Shown here: one piece after another, positions 1 through 12,400 of the stretch
How positions within the stretch are numbered: the stretch's first letter is position 1
How the letters are laid out: every line of letters begins with the position of its first letter
Source of the DNA: Chiloscyllium plagiosum
Taxonomy: Eukaryota
Direction: 5' to 3'
DNA: 43,864 nt
Assembly: GCF_004010195.1 (NCBI RefSeq)
Contig: NC_057758.1
Location: 871,029 to 914,892 of the forward strand
Program-made: the position numbers and the translations under genes
Notes under the pieces: generated by a model
What the model was told of the DNA's origin: nothing
Seen by the model: only the letters and a program-made list of their open reading frames with translations
Databases searched by the model: none

Positions 1-362
1 TATCGAGTATCAAATGTCTCAATCCGGATATGATTGACATCAAATTCAAAGCTGAAGACGCATTGTGTTTTTTTTACTAACTTCAGTTAGTGACTTCAAC
101 TAACAGCCATTATCAAGAGTTCAACGGGGTCTCTGGGAAACTTCCCAATGCTTTATGCAGTCTTCATTTAAAGGAGTAAACACAAGTTTCTCAGCCAAGT
201 TTTTTGCCTCAGGACACGTGACTAGTTCATGCATGTATCACCTTGCCGCACGCTCTCCTATCATTATTCACCCTTTCAGTGTCTTGTCACAGATTGTGAT
301 TGTGCAGTACTTTAAACAGAACGTGCGTGACAGAGAAGCAGAAGTATCTCCTCCGTTCAGCA

Positions 363-433
363 ATGGAATTTTCACTCATCTTTCAGATACAACGTATTTA
401 CTATCAGTTTCTAGCTTGTCTTTGAAGTTTTTG
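363..433 (+). pseudogene. GPR139-like GPCR locus A, exon 1 (N-terminus and start of TM1), disrupted
   Basis: ATG at 363 reads MEFSLIFQIQRIYYQFLA, then an in-frame TGA at 423-425. Removing one base near 416-417 restores ...LAVFEVF-G followed by the donor GTAAGA at 434. The YY motif and the TTTTTG|GTAAG exon end match exon 1 at 24282-24462. Not in the ORF track in this frame. Confidence 0.75.
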
Positions 434-719
434 GTAAGACATCACATCCGTTTTTAATGAAGTAAAGCTGCGGGGAAAGTGCTTCTGTGTATGACAATAA
501 TTTTCTGACGAATTTGCTTTATACAGCTACTCGTAATGTCTTGTGCCTAAGTACAGTATGCTTTATTTTTTTTTCATAGAAGTGCCTCAAATTTCTTCTT
601 CTGGAGAGTTAAAATGTGGCTTTCTTGAAACAATTTCAATGTTGGTTGTAACCTGTATTCAGCTTCAATCTGACAGTGGAGAAAAATTACATTAGCATGT
701 TGTGGAGGTACGCATAACC

Positions 720-1340
720 AGCTCAGACAGTGAATTCCCGACACGCAACACCCTCTGCATATGGAAGCTTTTCCTCATGTCCTCTCTGATAAGTCTGCCA
801 CTTAACCTGAATCTTTAACCTTTGGCTGTTGAAATCTTTGCGAAGGGAACCAAGTTCTTCCTTTCCACTCTGACTCTATCTCACACAATTTTTTATACCT
901 CATCCACCAGCCTTTTCTGTTTGATGGAAATCAAAACCAGCATCTGTAATTTGTCCCCGTAGCTGCAATTTTCCATCCCAGGCAACATGCTGGCAGGTTA
1001 TATTTGCACTCTCTCCATAACCATGCATTCATCCTGCAATGTGGTGATCAGAACTGCACAGAATACTCCAGCTGCAACCCCGGCAATTGTGGCCAATCAT
1101 GTAATGTTTCAACCTCCTCTGCTTGAATGCAATTTTTATTCAGAATTAAACTTTACAGTCCAAGCAATAACCTGGCAAATCACGTTTGCACCGTCACCAA
1201 ATCAATCACATCCTTCTTCTGATTTGGATTACAGAACTGCACACCATGCTTCAGCTGTGGTCCAACTAACGTTTGACAAGGTTCCAGCTTTAGCTCCGTG
1301 CTCTCAAACTCTATCTCTCGGCTCATAGAGATCGTATTCC
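720..1340 (-). mobile_element. Old degraded CR1-like LINE 3' fragment
   Basis: Segments such as ccatcccaggcaacat and gatcagaactgcacagaatactcca resemble the reverse-strand CR1 ORF2 end seen at 2250-2360. Confidence 0.55.
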
Positions 1341-1842
1341 ATATCCGTCCGTTTCAAAATAGATGGAGTCCCTCAGGTGAATCGGTCTATTGGAAGACGG
1401 TATGCAATGAGTGCTTTAAAAGTCTGAGAATTAACTGAAAGAGCAAATACAATTGCTTCAACAATGGCAAATTAACACTTCTGACATCTTGGCAGCCAGG
1501 TACAGTATAAGTGAACAGAAGTGAAATTCACTTTTGAAATGCATTTTGATAGTGTTTATATAAGAAGAGTTTAATGGTGTTTTCGTCAAATCTAGTGTAC
1601 AACCATATTAATTGATTATATTTAGTGCTGCATTCTGGTTCCAACACAAATCACAGCAAAAAAAAACAGTGAATACAATGTCGAGTCTAAAGTTGAATAG
1701 ATGGGTTCAACTAATTTATGATCATTGGCTTGGTCAGTATTTATTTCCCATCCCTAGTTGCCTCTATGAGAAGGTTGTGGTAAGCTACCTCTTTAAACTA
1801 CTGCAGTCCATGTGCTATAGATACGCAACATTGTATTTTAGG

Positions 1843-2570
1843 TAGAACATACAGCACAGAATAGGCCCTTCGGCCCACGATGTTGTGCCGAACATTTGTC
1901 CTACCTTAAGCACCCATCCAATTGCCAAGGTTCCAGCTTTAGCTCCGTGCTCTCAAACTCTGTCATCAAAATTCTGACTCTACCACTCCCACAGGCAGCG
2001 CATTCCATGCCCCCACCACTCTCTGGGTAAAGAACCCACTCCTGACATCTCCCCTATACCTTCCACCCTTCACCTTAAATTTATGTCCCCTTGTAACGCT
2101 CTGTTGTACTCGGGGGAAAAGTTTCTGACTGTCTACTCTATCTATTTCTCTGACCATCTTATAAACCTCTATCAAGTCACCCCTCATCCTTCGCCGTTCC
2201 AACGAGAAAAGGCCTAGCACTCTCAACCTATCCTCGTACGACCTATTCTCCATTCCAGGCAACATCCTGGTAAATCTTCTCTGCACCCTCTCCAAAGCTT
2301 CCACATCTTTCCGAAAGTGAGGCGACCAGAACTGCACACAGTACACAAAATGTGGCCTGACCAAAGTCCTGTACAGTTGCAACATCACATCACGACTCTT
2401 GAATTCAATCCCTCTGCTAATGAACACTAATACACCATAGGCCTTCTTACAAGATCTATCCACCTGAGTGGCAACTTTCAAAAATCTATGAACATAGACC
2501 CCAAGATCCCTCTGCTCCTCCACCTCACTAAGAACCCTACCGTTAACCCTGTATTCCACATTCTTATTGT
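1843..2570 (-). mobile_element. CR1 LINE 3' end (ORF2 C-terminal region and 3' UTR)
   Basis: ORF 1966-2559 carries EQRDLGV, LYRTLVRPH..YCVQFWSP, LERVQRRFTRMLPG and RRMRGDLIEVYK; tagaaca tail unit at 1843. Confidence 0.95.
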
Positions 2571-2753
2571 GTTAAGTATCTGGTCAGTGTTTCTTTGTTA
2601 AACTAATTCTATCAGGTTGACTGGGGAGTTAGCATAGTTCATTAAATCATTAACATTTGTATTGACCCTAGGATAATTATAAAAAAGGAAGGCTTGGGTT
2701 TGGTATCGAAGTCCTGAACTGTGAAAAGGCTACTTTTACTATAATAACCAGGG

Positions 2754-3113
2754 TCCTGACTTTCCGCGTAAGCCTACCATGGGGAACCTTATCAAATGCC
2801 TTACTAAAATCCATGTATACTACATCCACTGCTCTACCCTCATCCACATGCTTGGTCACCTCCTCAAAGAATTCAATAAGACTTGTAAGGCAAGACCTAC
2901 CCTTCACAAATCCGTGCTGGCTGTCCCTAATCAAGCAGTGTCTTTCCAGATACTCATAAATCCTATCCCTCAGTACCCTTTCCATTACTTTGCCTCCCAC
3001 CGAAGTTAGACTAACTGGCCTGTAATTCCCGGGGTTATCCCTATTCCCTTTTTTGAACAGGGGCACAACATTCGCCACTCTCCAGTCCCCTGGTACCACC
3101 CCCGTTGACAGTG
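2754..3113 (-). mobile_element. CR1 LINE reverse transcriptase N-terminal fragment (same insertion as 1843-2570)
   Basis: VPGDWRVANVVPLFKKG, PGNYRPVSLTS, QHGFVKGRSCLT and YMDFSKAFDKVPH motifs. Confidence 0.95.
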
Positions 3114-3248
3114 AATTTTGGAAGGTAATGTCAGGAATTTGACTCGGGAACACTGACAGAATGGATGTTATATGTCTAAGTCAGAGTGGCGAGTGGCTTA
3201 GACTGGCAGAGTTTGATTTTCCTATGCATCTGCTGCCCTTTGGTTTAT

Positions 3249-3559
3249 GGGCAGCACGCTGGCACCGTGTTTACCACTCCTGCCTCACAGCGCCAGAGAC
3301 CCAGGTTCAATTCCCGCGTCAGGTGACTCTCCGTGTGGAGGTTGCACATTCTCCCCGTGTCTGCGTGGGCTTCCTCCAGGTGCTCCGGTTTCCTCCCACA
3401 ATCCAAAGAACGTGCAGGTTAGATGAATTAGTCATGCTAAATTGCCCGTAGTATTAGGTGTAGGGGAATGGGTTTGGGTGGTTTGCACTTCGGCGGGTCG
3501 GTGTGGACTTGTTGGGCCGAAGAGCCTGTTTCCACACACTGTAAGTAATCTAAATCTAA
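3249..3559 (+). mobile_element. HE1-type tRNA-derived V-SINE
   Basis: A-box-like TGGCACCGTG, B-box GGTTCAATTCC, V-domain-like GTGTGGAG..TGCACATTCTCCCCGTGTCTGCGTGG, and aatcta tail. Confidence 0.9.
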
Positions 3560-4383
3560 GATGGTGACTGAGGATCATTGATGAATTTCTGCGATACATC
3601 TTGTTGATGGTAATACAGCTGGTACAGACACTTGGTTATTGGTCTTTGAGATTCCATCGAATGCCAAGTGTCAATGCTTATATTCTGCCTTATTGGTGAT
3701 GATTATTGACTCTGCTGGCTCTTATATTTCTTGTTTCTGCATGTTATACTACAATTAATGACTTTATTTAGCTGAGATAAATGCTGCAGATTTAATTGAG
3801 GACTTCCTTTAGTATTTTATGTTAATCCTAGTTTCTTCTTTCATTGTACTCAGTGGTCTGCTGCATAAATTTTATCGGTTCCCAACTTATCTTACTCTGA
3901 ATTACGTCCACCCCCGACACTTTATTGTTATTCTCTCACTGCTGATCCCCTGTAAAAGCTCACACTCAATCTGACTCTGTCGAATTTGCTCAAAATGTGT
4001 CTTTATCTGTTCTCCTTTCATGAAAATCCCAATGGATTCATTGAAGGTGACATAAAATCTTCATGCTTCTTATCTGTAACTTATTTCATCTGATCATCTT
4101 CAAGCCACTGGTTTAATATTAAAAATAGACTTACCCCTGAAGAATATTTAACCAGAAATCCCTTAACTGTGGAAAGTGTTGTTTCTCTAAGAACTTGAAA
4201 AGAATATCTAACACACGCCTGTTCATTTATTTATTAGAGTCCCTTCACAATATAATAGAAATGATAATAATTCTATATATTTCTGCCTGAAATTTACAAT
4301 TTCACCTCTGATATTGTTGAAATGCCGAGTTGACTCCAAAGTTTATTCGATAATGAAACACTTCTCTGTTTCTCGTTTTCTAG

Positions 4384-5214
4384 TTAATATAGTTGCTTTC
4401 GTCATCCTGTTCTGAGGCGGGTGCAGTCTCTCCAAGTGTATCACTCGATATCTTTTGGGCATGGCAGAAGCTGGTCTTCCGGTCGTCATCTCTGAACAAA
4501 TGTTAAAGTGGTTTGGTCAAATTTATTTCGTGGATTCATTCCTCTCCTATACTCCCGTGTGCAGTCTCATCGCTGTCACGATTCTGCAGCTATTGAAATC
4601 TCTGTTTGGTTGACAGTTGCATTCGCTTTTGATCGTTTTGTGGCGATCTGTTGTGAGCAGTTAAAAGAAAAGCATTGGACAGAGAAAACTGCAAATCTGG
4701 TTCTTGGGGAAATAAGTGCATTGGGATACTTTGATAGTGTCCCGTGGTATTTCAGGTTTGAACCCGAGTCTGTAATTAATGATGTCCCTTGGTATTGTGT
4801 TACGAAAAAGAGCTTCTCTGCTTCTACTGGGTGGACAGCGTTTGTCCTCTTCTATGTCATTTTGACGTCATGCCTCCCATTCTTTCTAATTTTGTTTCTC
4901 AATATCCTGACCGTCAGACGAATACTGGCATCCAGTCGAATCCGCAGGAGAATCCAAGGTTTCCAAAATGGGACGCACCAAAGGTACCCAGCGGTAAAGA
5001 ATCGCAGGAAATCCGTCATTCTACTCTTCAGCATATCTGGCAGTTTTTGTTGTTATGGGTGACTCAGGTGGTATTTCACAACTACCAGCGAATTACGATG
5101 CAGTATTCTTACTCAGTCACAGTTTCTCTTTCTTTCACAGAAACTGCTGCAAATATGCTACAACTTCTCAGTTCATCCACAAATACATGCATTTATGTCA
5201 TTACCCCGAGAAAA
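4384..5214 (+). pseudogene. GPR139-like GPCR locus A, exon 2 (TM1-TM7), pseudogene; runs into gap
   Basis: Pyrimidine tract and AG at 4382-4383, then (V)NIVAFVILF*GGCSLSKCITRYLLGMAEA, TPVC, SVWLTVAFAFDRFVAICC, PWYC, NRRKSVILLFSISG and STNTCIY. Stop at 4413-4415; frameshifts near 4583 and 5047. Confidence 0.92.
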
Positions 5215-5714
5215 NNNNNNNNNNNNNNNNNNNNNNNNNNNNNNNNNNNNNNNNNNNNNNNNNNNNNNNNNNNNNNNNNNNNNNNNNNNNNNNNNNNNNN
5301 NNNNNNNNNNNNNNNNNNNNNNNNNNNNNNNNNNNNNNNNNNNNNNNNNNNNNNNNNNNNNNNNNNNNNNNNNNNNNNNNNNNNNNNNNNNNNNNNNNNN
5401 NNNNNNNNNNNNNNNNNNNNNNNNNNNNNNNNNNNNNNNNNNNNNNNNNNNNNNNNNNNNNNNNNNNNNNNNNNNNNNNNNNNNNNNNNNNNNNNNNNNN
5501 NNNNNNNNNNNNNNNNNNNNNNNNNNNNNNNNNNNNNNNNNNNNNNNNNNNNNNNNNNNNNNNNNNNNNNNNNNNNNNNNNNNNNNNNNNNNNNNNNNNN
5601 NNNNNNNNNNNNNNNNNNNNNNNNNNNNNNNNNNNNNNNNNNNNNNNNNNNNNNNNNNNNNNNNNNNNNNNNNNNNNNNNNNNNNNNNNNNNNNNNNNNN
5701 NNNNNNNNNNNNNN
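5215..5714. other. Assembly gap (500 N)
   Basis: Run of N. Confidence 1.
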
Positions 5715-6145
5715 TTAAAAGTCTGAGAATTAGCTGAAAGAGCAAATACAATTGCTTCAACAATGGCAAATTAACACTTCTGACATCTTGGGAGCCAGGT
5801 ACAGTATAACTTAACAGAAGTGAAATTCACTTTTGAAATGCATTTTGATAGTGTTTATATAATAAGAGTTTAATGGTGTTTTCGTCAAATCTAGTGTACA
5901 ACCATATTAATTGATTATATTTAGTGCTGCATTCTGGTTCCAACATAAATCACAGCAAAAAAAAAAAAACGGTGAATACAATGTAGAGTCTAAAGCTGAA
6001 TAGATGGCTTCAACTAATTTATGATCATTGGCTGGGTCAGTATTTATTTCCCGTCACTAGTTGCCTCAATGAGAAGATTATGGTAAGCTCCCTCTTTAAA
6101 CTACTGCAGTCCATGTGCTATAGATACACAACATTGTATTTTAGA

Positions 6146-7347
6146 TAGAACATAGAACAATACAGCACAGAACAGGCCCTTCGGCCAACGATGTTGTGCC
6201 GAAAATTTGTCCTAGCTTAAGCACCCATCCAATTGCCGCTTAAAGGTCACCAAAGATTCTGACTCTACCACTCCCACAGGCAGCGCATTCCATGCCACCA
6301 CCAGTCTCTGTGTGAAGAACCCACCCCTGACATCTCCCCTATACCTTCCACCCTTCACCTTAAATGTATGTCCCCTTGTAACGCTCTGTTGTACTGACTG
6401 TCTACTCTATCTATTTCTCTGATCATCTTATAAACCTCTATCAAGTCACCCCTCATCCTTCGCCGTTCCAACGAGAAAAGGCCTAGCACTCTCAACCTAT
6501 CCTCGTATGATCTAGTCTCCATTCCAGGCAACATCCTGGTAAATCTTCTCTGCACCCTCTCCAAAGCTTCCACATCTTTCCTAAAGTGAGGCGACCAGAA
6601 CTGCACACAGTACTCCAAATGTGGCCAAACCAAAGTCCTGTACAGTTGCAACATTACTTCACGACTCTTGAATTCAATCCCTCTGCTAATGAACGCTAAT
6701 ACACCATAGGCCTTCTTACAAGCTCTATCCACCTGAGGGGAAACTTTCAAAGATCCATGAACCTAGACCCCAAGATCCCTCTGTTCCTCCACCTCACTAA
6801 GAACCCTACCGTTAAGCCTGTATTCCGCATTCTTATTAGTCTTTCCAAAATGGACAACCTCACACTTGACAGGATTGAATTCCATCTGCCACTCCTCAGC
6901 CCAGCTCTGCATCATATCAAGTCCCTTTGCAGCCGACAACAGCCTTCCTCACTATCCACAACTCCACCAATCTTCGTATCATCTGCAAATTTACTGACCC
7001 ACCCTTCGACTCCCTCTTCCAAGTCATTAATAAAAATTACAAACAGCAGAGGACCCAGAACTGATCCCTGCGGAACTCCACTTGTAACTGGGCTCCAGGC
7101 GGAATATTTGCCATCTACCACTACTCTTTGACTTCGAGCGGTTAGCCAGTTCTCTATCCAACTGGCCAAATTTCCCACGATCCCATGTCTCCTGACTTTC
7201 CGCATAAGCCTTTTCCATTACTTTGCCTACCACCGAAGTAAGACTAACTGGCCTGTAATTCCCGGGGTTATCCCTATTCCCTTTTTTGAACAGGGGCACA
7301 ACATTCGCCACTCTCCAGTCCCCTGGTACCACCCCCGTTGACAGTGA
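6146..7347 (-). mobile_element. CR1 LINE 5'-truncated copy (duplicate of 1843-3113)
   Basis: ORFs 6355-6750, 6912-7205 ([20 protein letters not shown]) and 7027-7386; internal deletion near 7211. Confidence 0.95.
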
Positions 7348-7481
7348 ATTTTGGAAGGTAATGTCAGGAATTTGACTCGGGAACACTGACAGAATGGATG
7401 TTATATGTCTAAGTCAGAGTGGCGAGTGGCTTAGACCGGCAGAGTTTGATTTTCCTATGCATCTGCTGACCTTTGGTTTAT

Positions 7482-7790
7482 GGGCAGCACGGTGGCACCG
7501 TGGTTACCACTGCTGCCTCACAGCGCCAGAGACCCGGGTTCAATTCCCGCCTCAGGTGAATCTCCGTGTGGAGGTTGCACATTCTCCCCGTGTCTGCGTG
7601 GGCTTCCTCCAGGTGCTCCGGTTTCCTCCCACAATCCAAAGAAAATGCAGGTTAGATGAATTAGTCATGCTAAATTGCCCGTATTATTAGGTGTAGGGGA
7701 ATGGGTTTGTGTGGTTTGCACTTCGGCGGGTCGGTGTGGACTTGTTGGGCCGAAGAGCCTGTTTCCACACTGTAAGTAATCTAAATCTAA
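7482..7790 (+). mobile_element. HE1-type V-SINE (duplicate of 3249-3559)
   Basis: GGCAGCACGGTGGCACCGTGG A-box region, GGTTCAATTCC B-box, V-domain and aatcta tail. Confidence 0.9.
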
Positions 7791-8547
7791 AAATGGTGAC
7801 TGAGGATCATTGATGAATTTCTGCGATACATCTTGTTGATGGTGTCAATGCTTATATTCTGCCTTATTGGTGATGATTATTGACTCTGCCGGCTCTTATA
7901 TTTCTTGTTTTTGCATGTTATACTACAATTAATGACTTTATTTAGCTGAGATAAATGCTGCAGATAAAATTTTAGTATTTTATGTTAATCCTAGTTTCCT
8001 CTTTCATTGTACTCAATGGTCTGCTGCATAAATTTTATCGGTTCCCAACTTTTCTTACTCTGAATTACGTCCAGCCCCGACACTTTATTGTTATTCTCTC
8101 ACTCCTGATCCCCTGTAAAAGCTCACACTCAATCTGACTCTTTCGAATGTGCTCAAAATGATTCTTTATCTGTTCTCCTTTCATGAAAATCCCAATGGAT
8201 TCATTGAAGGTGAAATAAAATCTTCATGTTTCTTATCTGTAACTTATTTCATCTGATCATCTTCAAGCCACTGGTTTAATATTAAAACGAGACTTACCCC
8301 TGAAGAATATTTAACCATAAATCCCTTAACTGTGGAAAGTGTTGTTTCTCTAAGAACTTGAAAAGAATATCTAACACATGCCTGTTCATTTATTTATTAG
8401 AGTTCCTTCACAATATAATAGACATGATAATAATTCTGTATATTTTCTGCCTGAAATTTACAATTTCACCTCTGATATTGTTGAAATGCCGAGGTGACTC
8501 CAAAGTTTATTCGATAATGAAACTCTTCTCTGTTTCTCGTTTTCTAG

Positions 8548-9445
8548 TTAATATAGTTGCTTTCGTCATCCTGTTCTGAGGCGGGTGCAGTCTCTCCAAG
8601 TGTATCACTCGATATCTTTTGGGCATGGCAGAAGCTGACCTTCCGGTCGTCATCTCTGAACAAATTTTAAAGTGGTTTGGTCAAATTTATTTCGTGGATT
8701 CATTCCTCTCCTATACTCCCGTGTGCAGTCTCATCGCTGTCACGATTCTGCAGCTACTGAAATCTCTGTTTGGTTCACAGTTGCATTCGCTTTTGATCGT
8801 TTTGTGGCGATCTGTTGTGAGCAGTTAAAAGAAATGCATTGTACAGAGAAAACTGCAACTCTGGTTCTGGGGGAAATAAGTGCATTGGGATACTTTGATA
8901 GTGTCCCGTGGTATTTCAGGTTTGAACCCGAGTCTGTAATTAATGATGTCCCTTGGTATTGTGTTACGAAAAAGAGCTTCTATGCTTCTACTGGGTGGAC
9001 AGCGTTTGTCCTCTTCTATGTCATTTTGACGTCATGCCTCCCACTCTTTCTGATTTTGTTTCTCAATATCCTGACCGTCAATATCCTGCCTGGCATCCAG
9101 TCGAATCCGCAGGAGAATCCGAGATTTCCAAAATGGGACGCACCAAAAGTACCCAGCGGTAAAGAATCGAAGGAAATCCGTCATTCTACTCTTCAGCATA
9201 TCTGGCAGTTTTTGTTGTTATGGGTGACTCAGGTGGTATTTCACAACTACCAGCGAATTACGATGCAGTATTCTTACTCAGTCACAGTTTCTCTTTCTTT
9301 CACAGAAACTGCTGCAAATATGCTGCAACTTCTCAGTTAATCCACAAATACATGCATTTATGTCATAACACAGAGAAAATTTAGAGAGGAGCTGAAAAAT
9401 GCAAATAAGTATCAACTTGCAATTATTGTGAAATTAATTAAATAA
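8548..9445 (+). pseudogene. GPR139-like GPCR exon 2, duplicate copy, pseudogene
   Basis: Acceptor AG at 8546-8547. Shared TGA at 8577-8579 and shared frameshifts with the first copy, plus a private frameshift near 9080 and TAA at 9338-9340. C-terminus TCIYVITQRKFREELKNANKYQLAIIVKLIK ends at stop 9443-9445. Confidence 0.92.
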
Positions 9446-12400
9446 TTGAATGAAAAGACCATTTTCAAGCAAAATTTTATCCATACTCTTCCGAAATTCT
9501 GTACATTACAATCGATTTCCTTTCGCCTTCCTGCAATACTTCAAAGGGCAATCATTTTAGATTGGTAATGCAGGACTCAGTACTGATTATAACCTCGACG
9601 TTTCATTAAAACATGGTAGACTCGGATATTAAAGCGATTTGTTGATAAATGTCTTCAATTGAAACTAAAGGCATTCTGTGCACGTCAGACGAAAAGCCTC
9701 TCAAAGGTACACTACACTTCAGTTTCGGCTCGATACCACATTATTGGTAATATGGACAAACAACAAAACATGATCGCAGCTGTGACTCTGCTTCTGATTC
9801 AAGTTGTTAAGCATAAAATGTCAAGGTTGATTTTCAGAAACAAGACAAAGAGTAAATACACAGAGTTAGAGATAGCACGCATATCAACAGGAATGTACAC
9901 ACGCACAGGGACAAACTCACACAAAGGCATAGACCCCAAAACATAAATATACTCACAGGCACAAAAAAACCATCACACTCTCTCACTTCCTCTCGCACAC
10001 AAAAATACAGGCACACCAATGTGGCCAAAGACTTCTTCCTCCCTCAGTATCTGTCTCGTACACATACAAACAAACCCAATCACACAGACACACACACAAC
10101 GTTCGAGTTGAAATCAGGCAATAAAGAGTTATGAAGAGAAAGACAGAAACAAAAATACGTCAGACAAATTTGACATATAAATCTCAAATGTGAACAAAAG
10201 GATAAGGGGGAGAGGGATATATAGGAAGAAACAGGGACTGAATTTTAAAAATGGAAGAAAATAAACTGGAGGAAAGCACGACAATGAATACCAGGACGTG
10301 CTGAAATTTTAAAAAATTAATCAATGGAGGAGTCACAGACAGTTGTAAAGATTGCATCCTTTCTGTGTTCAGTATCTTTTTCATTTGTTGTAGATGGAAT
10401 TAGGAAAATAACTGTTTAACTTTAAAAAACAGAAGCACAAGTTCTCTTGCACGTTTCTAGGCAAGTTACGTGGAATCATTGTGACACTGTATACACTACT
10501 GTTTAATACAGCAGTGACAGCACGGCATTACAGGCAAGCTACAGTCATTGGATAGCTCCACATCAGGTAGTCGAACAATTGGTGAACGAGTGGCTAGTCA
10601 TATCTGAAGACCTTGGACACCCCAAAAGGCAGAAGGTTCCCTTTCTCTGCAGTTTACGAAAGAACTGAAGACTGTAGTAAGCTAAATTATTTTCGGTCAC
10701 CAGCTTCAGTACGCTGTGACCTCTAACCAATGAAATATTGACTTTGCACGGGGATGCTGAAGTACTTGACTCGGTGGAAAGCGTTACAAAACATTCCCCC
10801 TCTCCAAACACTCATTTTTCTTGGCTGTACGTGTAAATTGTGATGATGGTGGGGTATGGTCTTATTAAGGGAATTAGTATTTTACCTGGCAGAGGTGAAC
10901 GCCAAGGTTCACACTATAGCTTGCAGCGTGAATCTCGTTGTGATATATTTTTAAAGAAAAGTATTTTTTGTTTCAGAACAAACTTGATTCATGCTTATTG
11001 TCAACGTGGATTGAAAAGAGAAGGCATTTTGAATTTTTTTTTGTCAAAATATTAAATTTTGTAACGCCTCCCGGGAGAACGGGCATTCATTTAAAGCGAA
11101 CTACCGCTGCACTTTCACTCATTGCAGAGAATGGAAGGCACATTACTAAATATTGATCCAAGCTGGTAAAGAAACAAAGACACAGGTCCAGTTAAGATGG
11201 CACGTGGCTCAGAGGGACCCCTCTTTTGCTTTCTTCGCATGTTGGCCTTGCGCTTCTGAGATACAGCAGCATGAGTTTGGAAGGTGCAGACCGATTGGCC
11301 TTGGCAACTGATTACGATGCATGTTCTGGACATTCCACATGATGATTCAGTGGGGATTTCCTTTCCTACCGTTTGACCTGATGATCTGACCCTTCAGAGG
11401 ATCCGGAAGTGGTGTGCTGTTCTTGAAGGGGATCGTTTGCTGCCTCATCAGCTGAGTTCGCAATTACAATTTTAAAAGAGACGTTCACCAAGCGAAACCG
11501 GGAAATCTTGGTCATTGGCCGCAAGCTGTGAATCAGCAAGAACGTCAGTAACAAAATCAGTCACCGGACAATGAAGTCCCAACTTTCGCACAAACCTCCT
11601 TATATTAAAAAAGGGGGGTTTTAAGGTGCGTGAATGAAATTTGACATTTAACTCAATTTCTGGTCATGTTTTCGATGCTCTTAATCCATGCCACTGTAAG
11701 AATGTCAAGATCTGATTGGTCTACAATGCAATTACAATACTCTATCAAGAATCAACCATTCTTATGTACGTCTAGAGTCACATGCAAAGGGAGACAGGGT
11801 TTAAAGGGAACGTTTCCTTTCATAACGATTGTGGAACGAACATTGAGAGAGCATTGAGGAAGTGTTGAAAATGTAATGGTACCGAGCAATCCCCGATCAC
11901 AAGCATTTCACCTGTGGAGCAAGGGTTCAAATCTCACCATGAATGATTTTATTACGAAGTCGAAAGAGTCAGCTTATGCGAAATTTGCCTTTTCTGTGCT
12001 GACAGATTGTGACACCACATTTGCCTGTGGCGAACTGACAGGTGCAGAAAGTGCGGTGAACTGATAGTATGTCATCAGTTTGGAGCTGTGTTTTAATGTT
12101 AGGACAACTGCATTTGAACTTAACCAATTAATTTAAGTTATGCCAAGGATACCAACACCCAATTGAATTTGAACTTATGAGAACATCGGACCAAGGAAAG
12201 GATACAATGTTCAAGATGTGAAAAGGCAGGGCATTTTGAAAATTTGGCAGAGCTAACTGCCCAATAGACCGGAGAGTGCGTCATTTTATAGGGCTTCTAA
12301 AAAAATCACAAATCTCTCAGTTGGCATCGGTAATCAAAGATATCTTTTCCATAAAAGTAGTAAAAAGTAAGTAGGCGATGGAAGGAGAAGACAGCAGATT

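Larger units (their letters stand above)
5715..9379 (+). repeat. Direct tandem copy of 1416-5214 (intron, CR1, HE1 SINE and GPCR exon 2)
   Basis: 5715 onward matches 1416 onward (ttaaaagtctgagaatta) and stays colinear through to the GPCR TM7, with scattered substitutions and several indels. Confidence 0.95.

Noticed and set aside
3249..3320. tRNA-like A and B boxes
   Set aside because: SINE head rather than a tRNA gene; it continues directly into the V-domain.
3161..3451. Repeated 96-98 aa ORFs (also 7394-7690, 33495-33932)
   Set aside because: Chance translations of HE1 SINE sequence.
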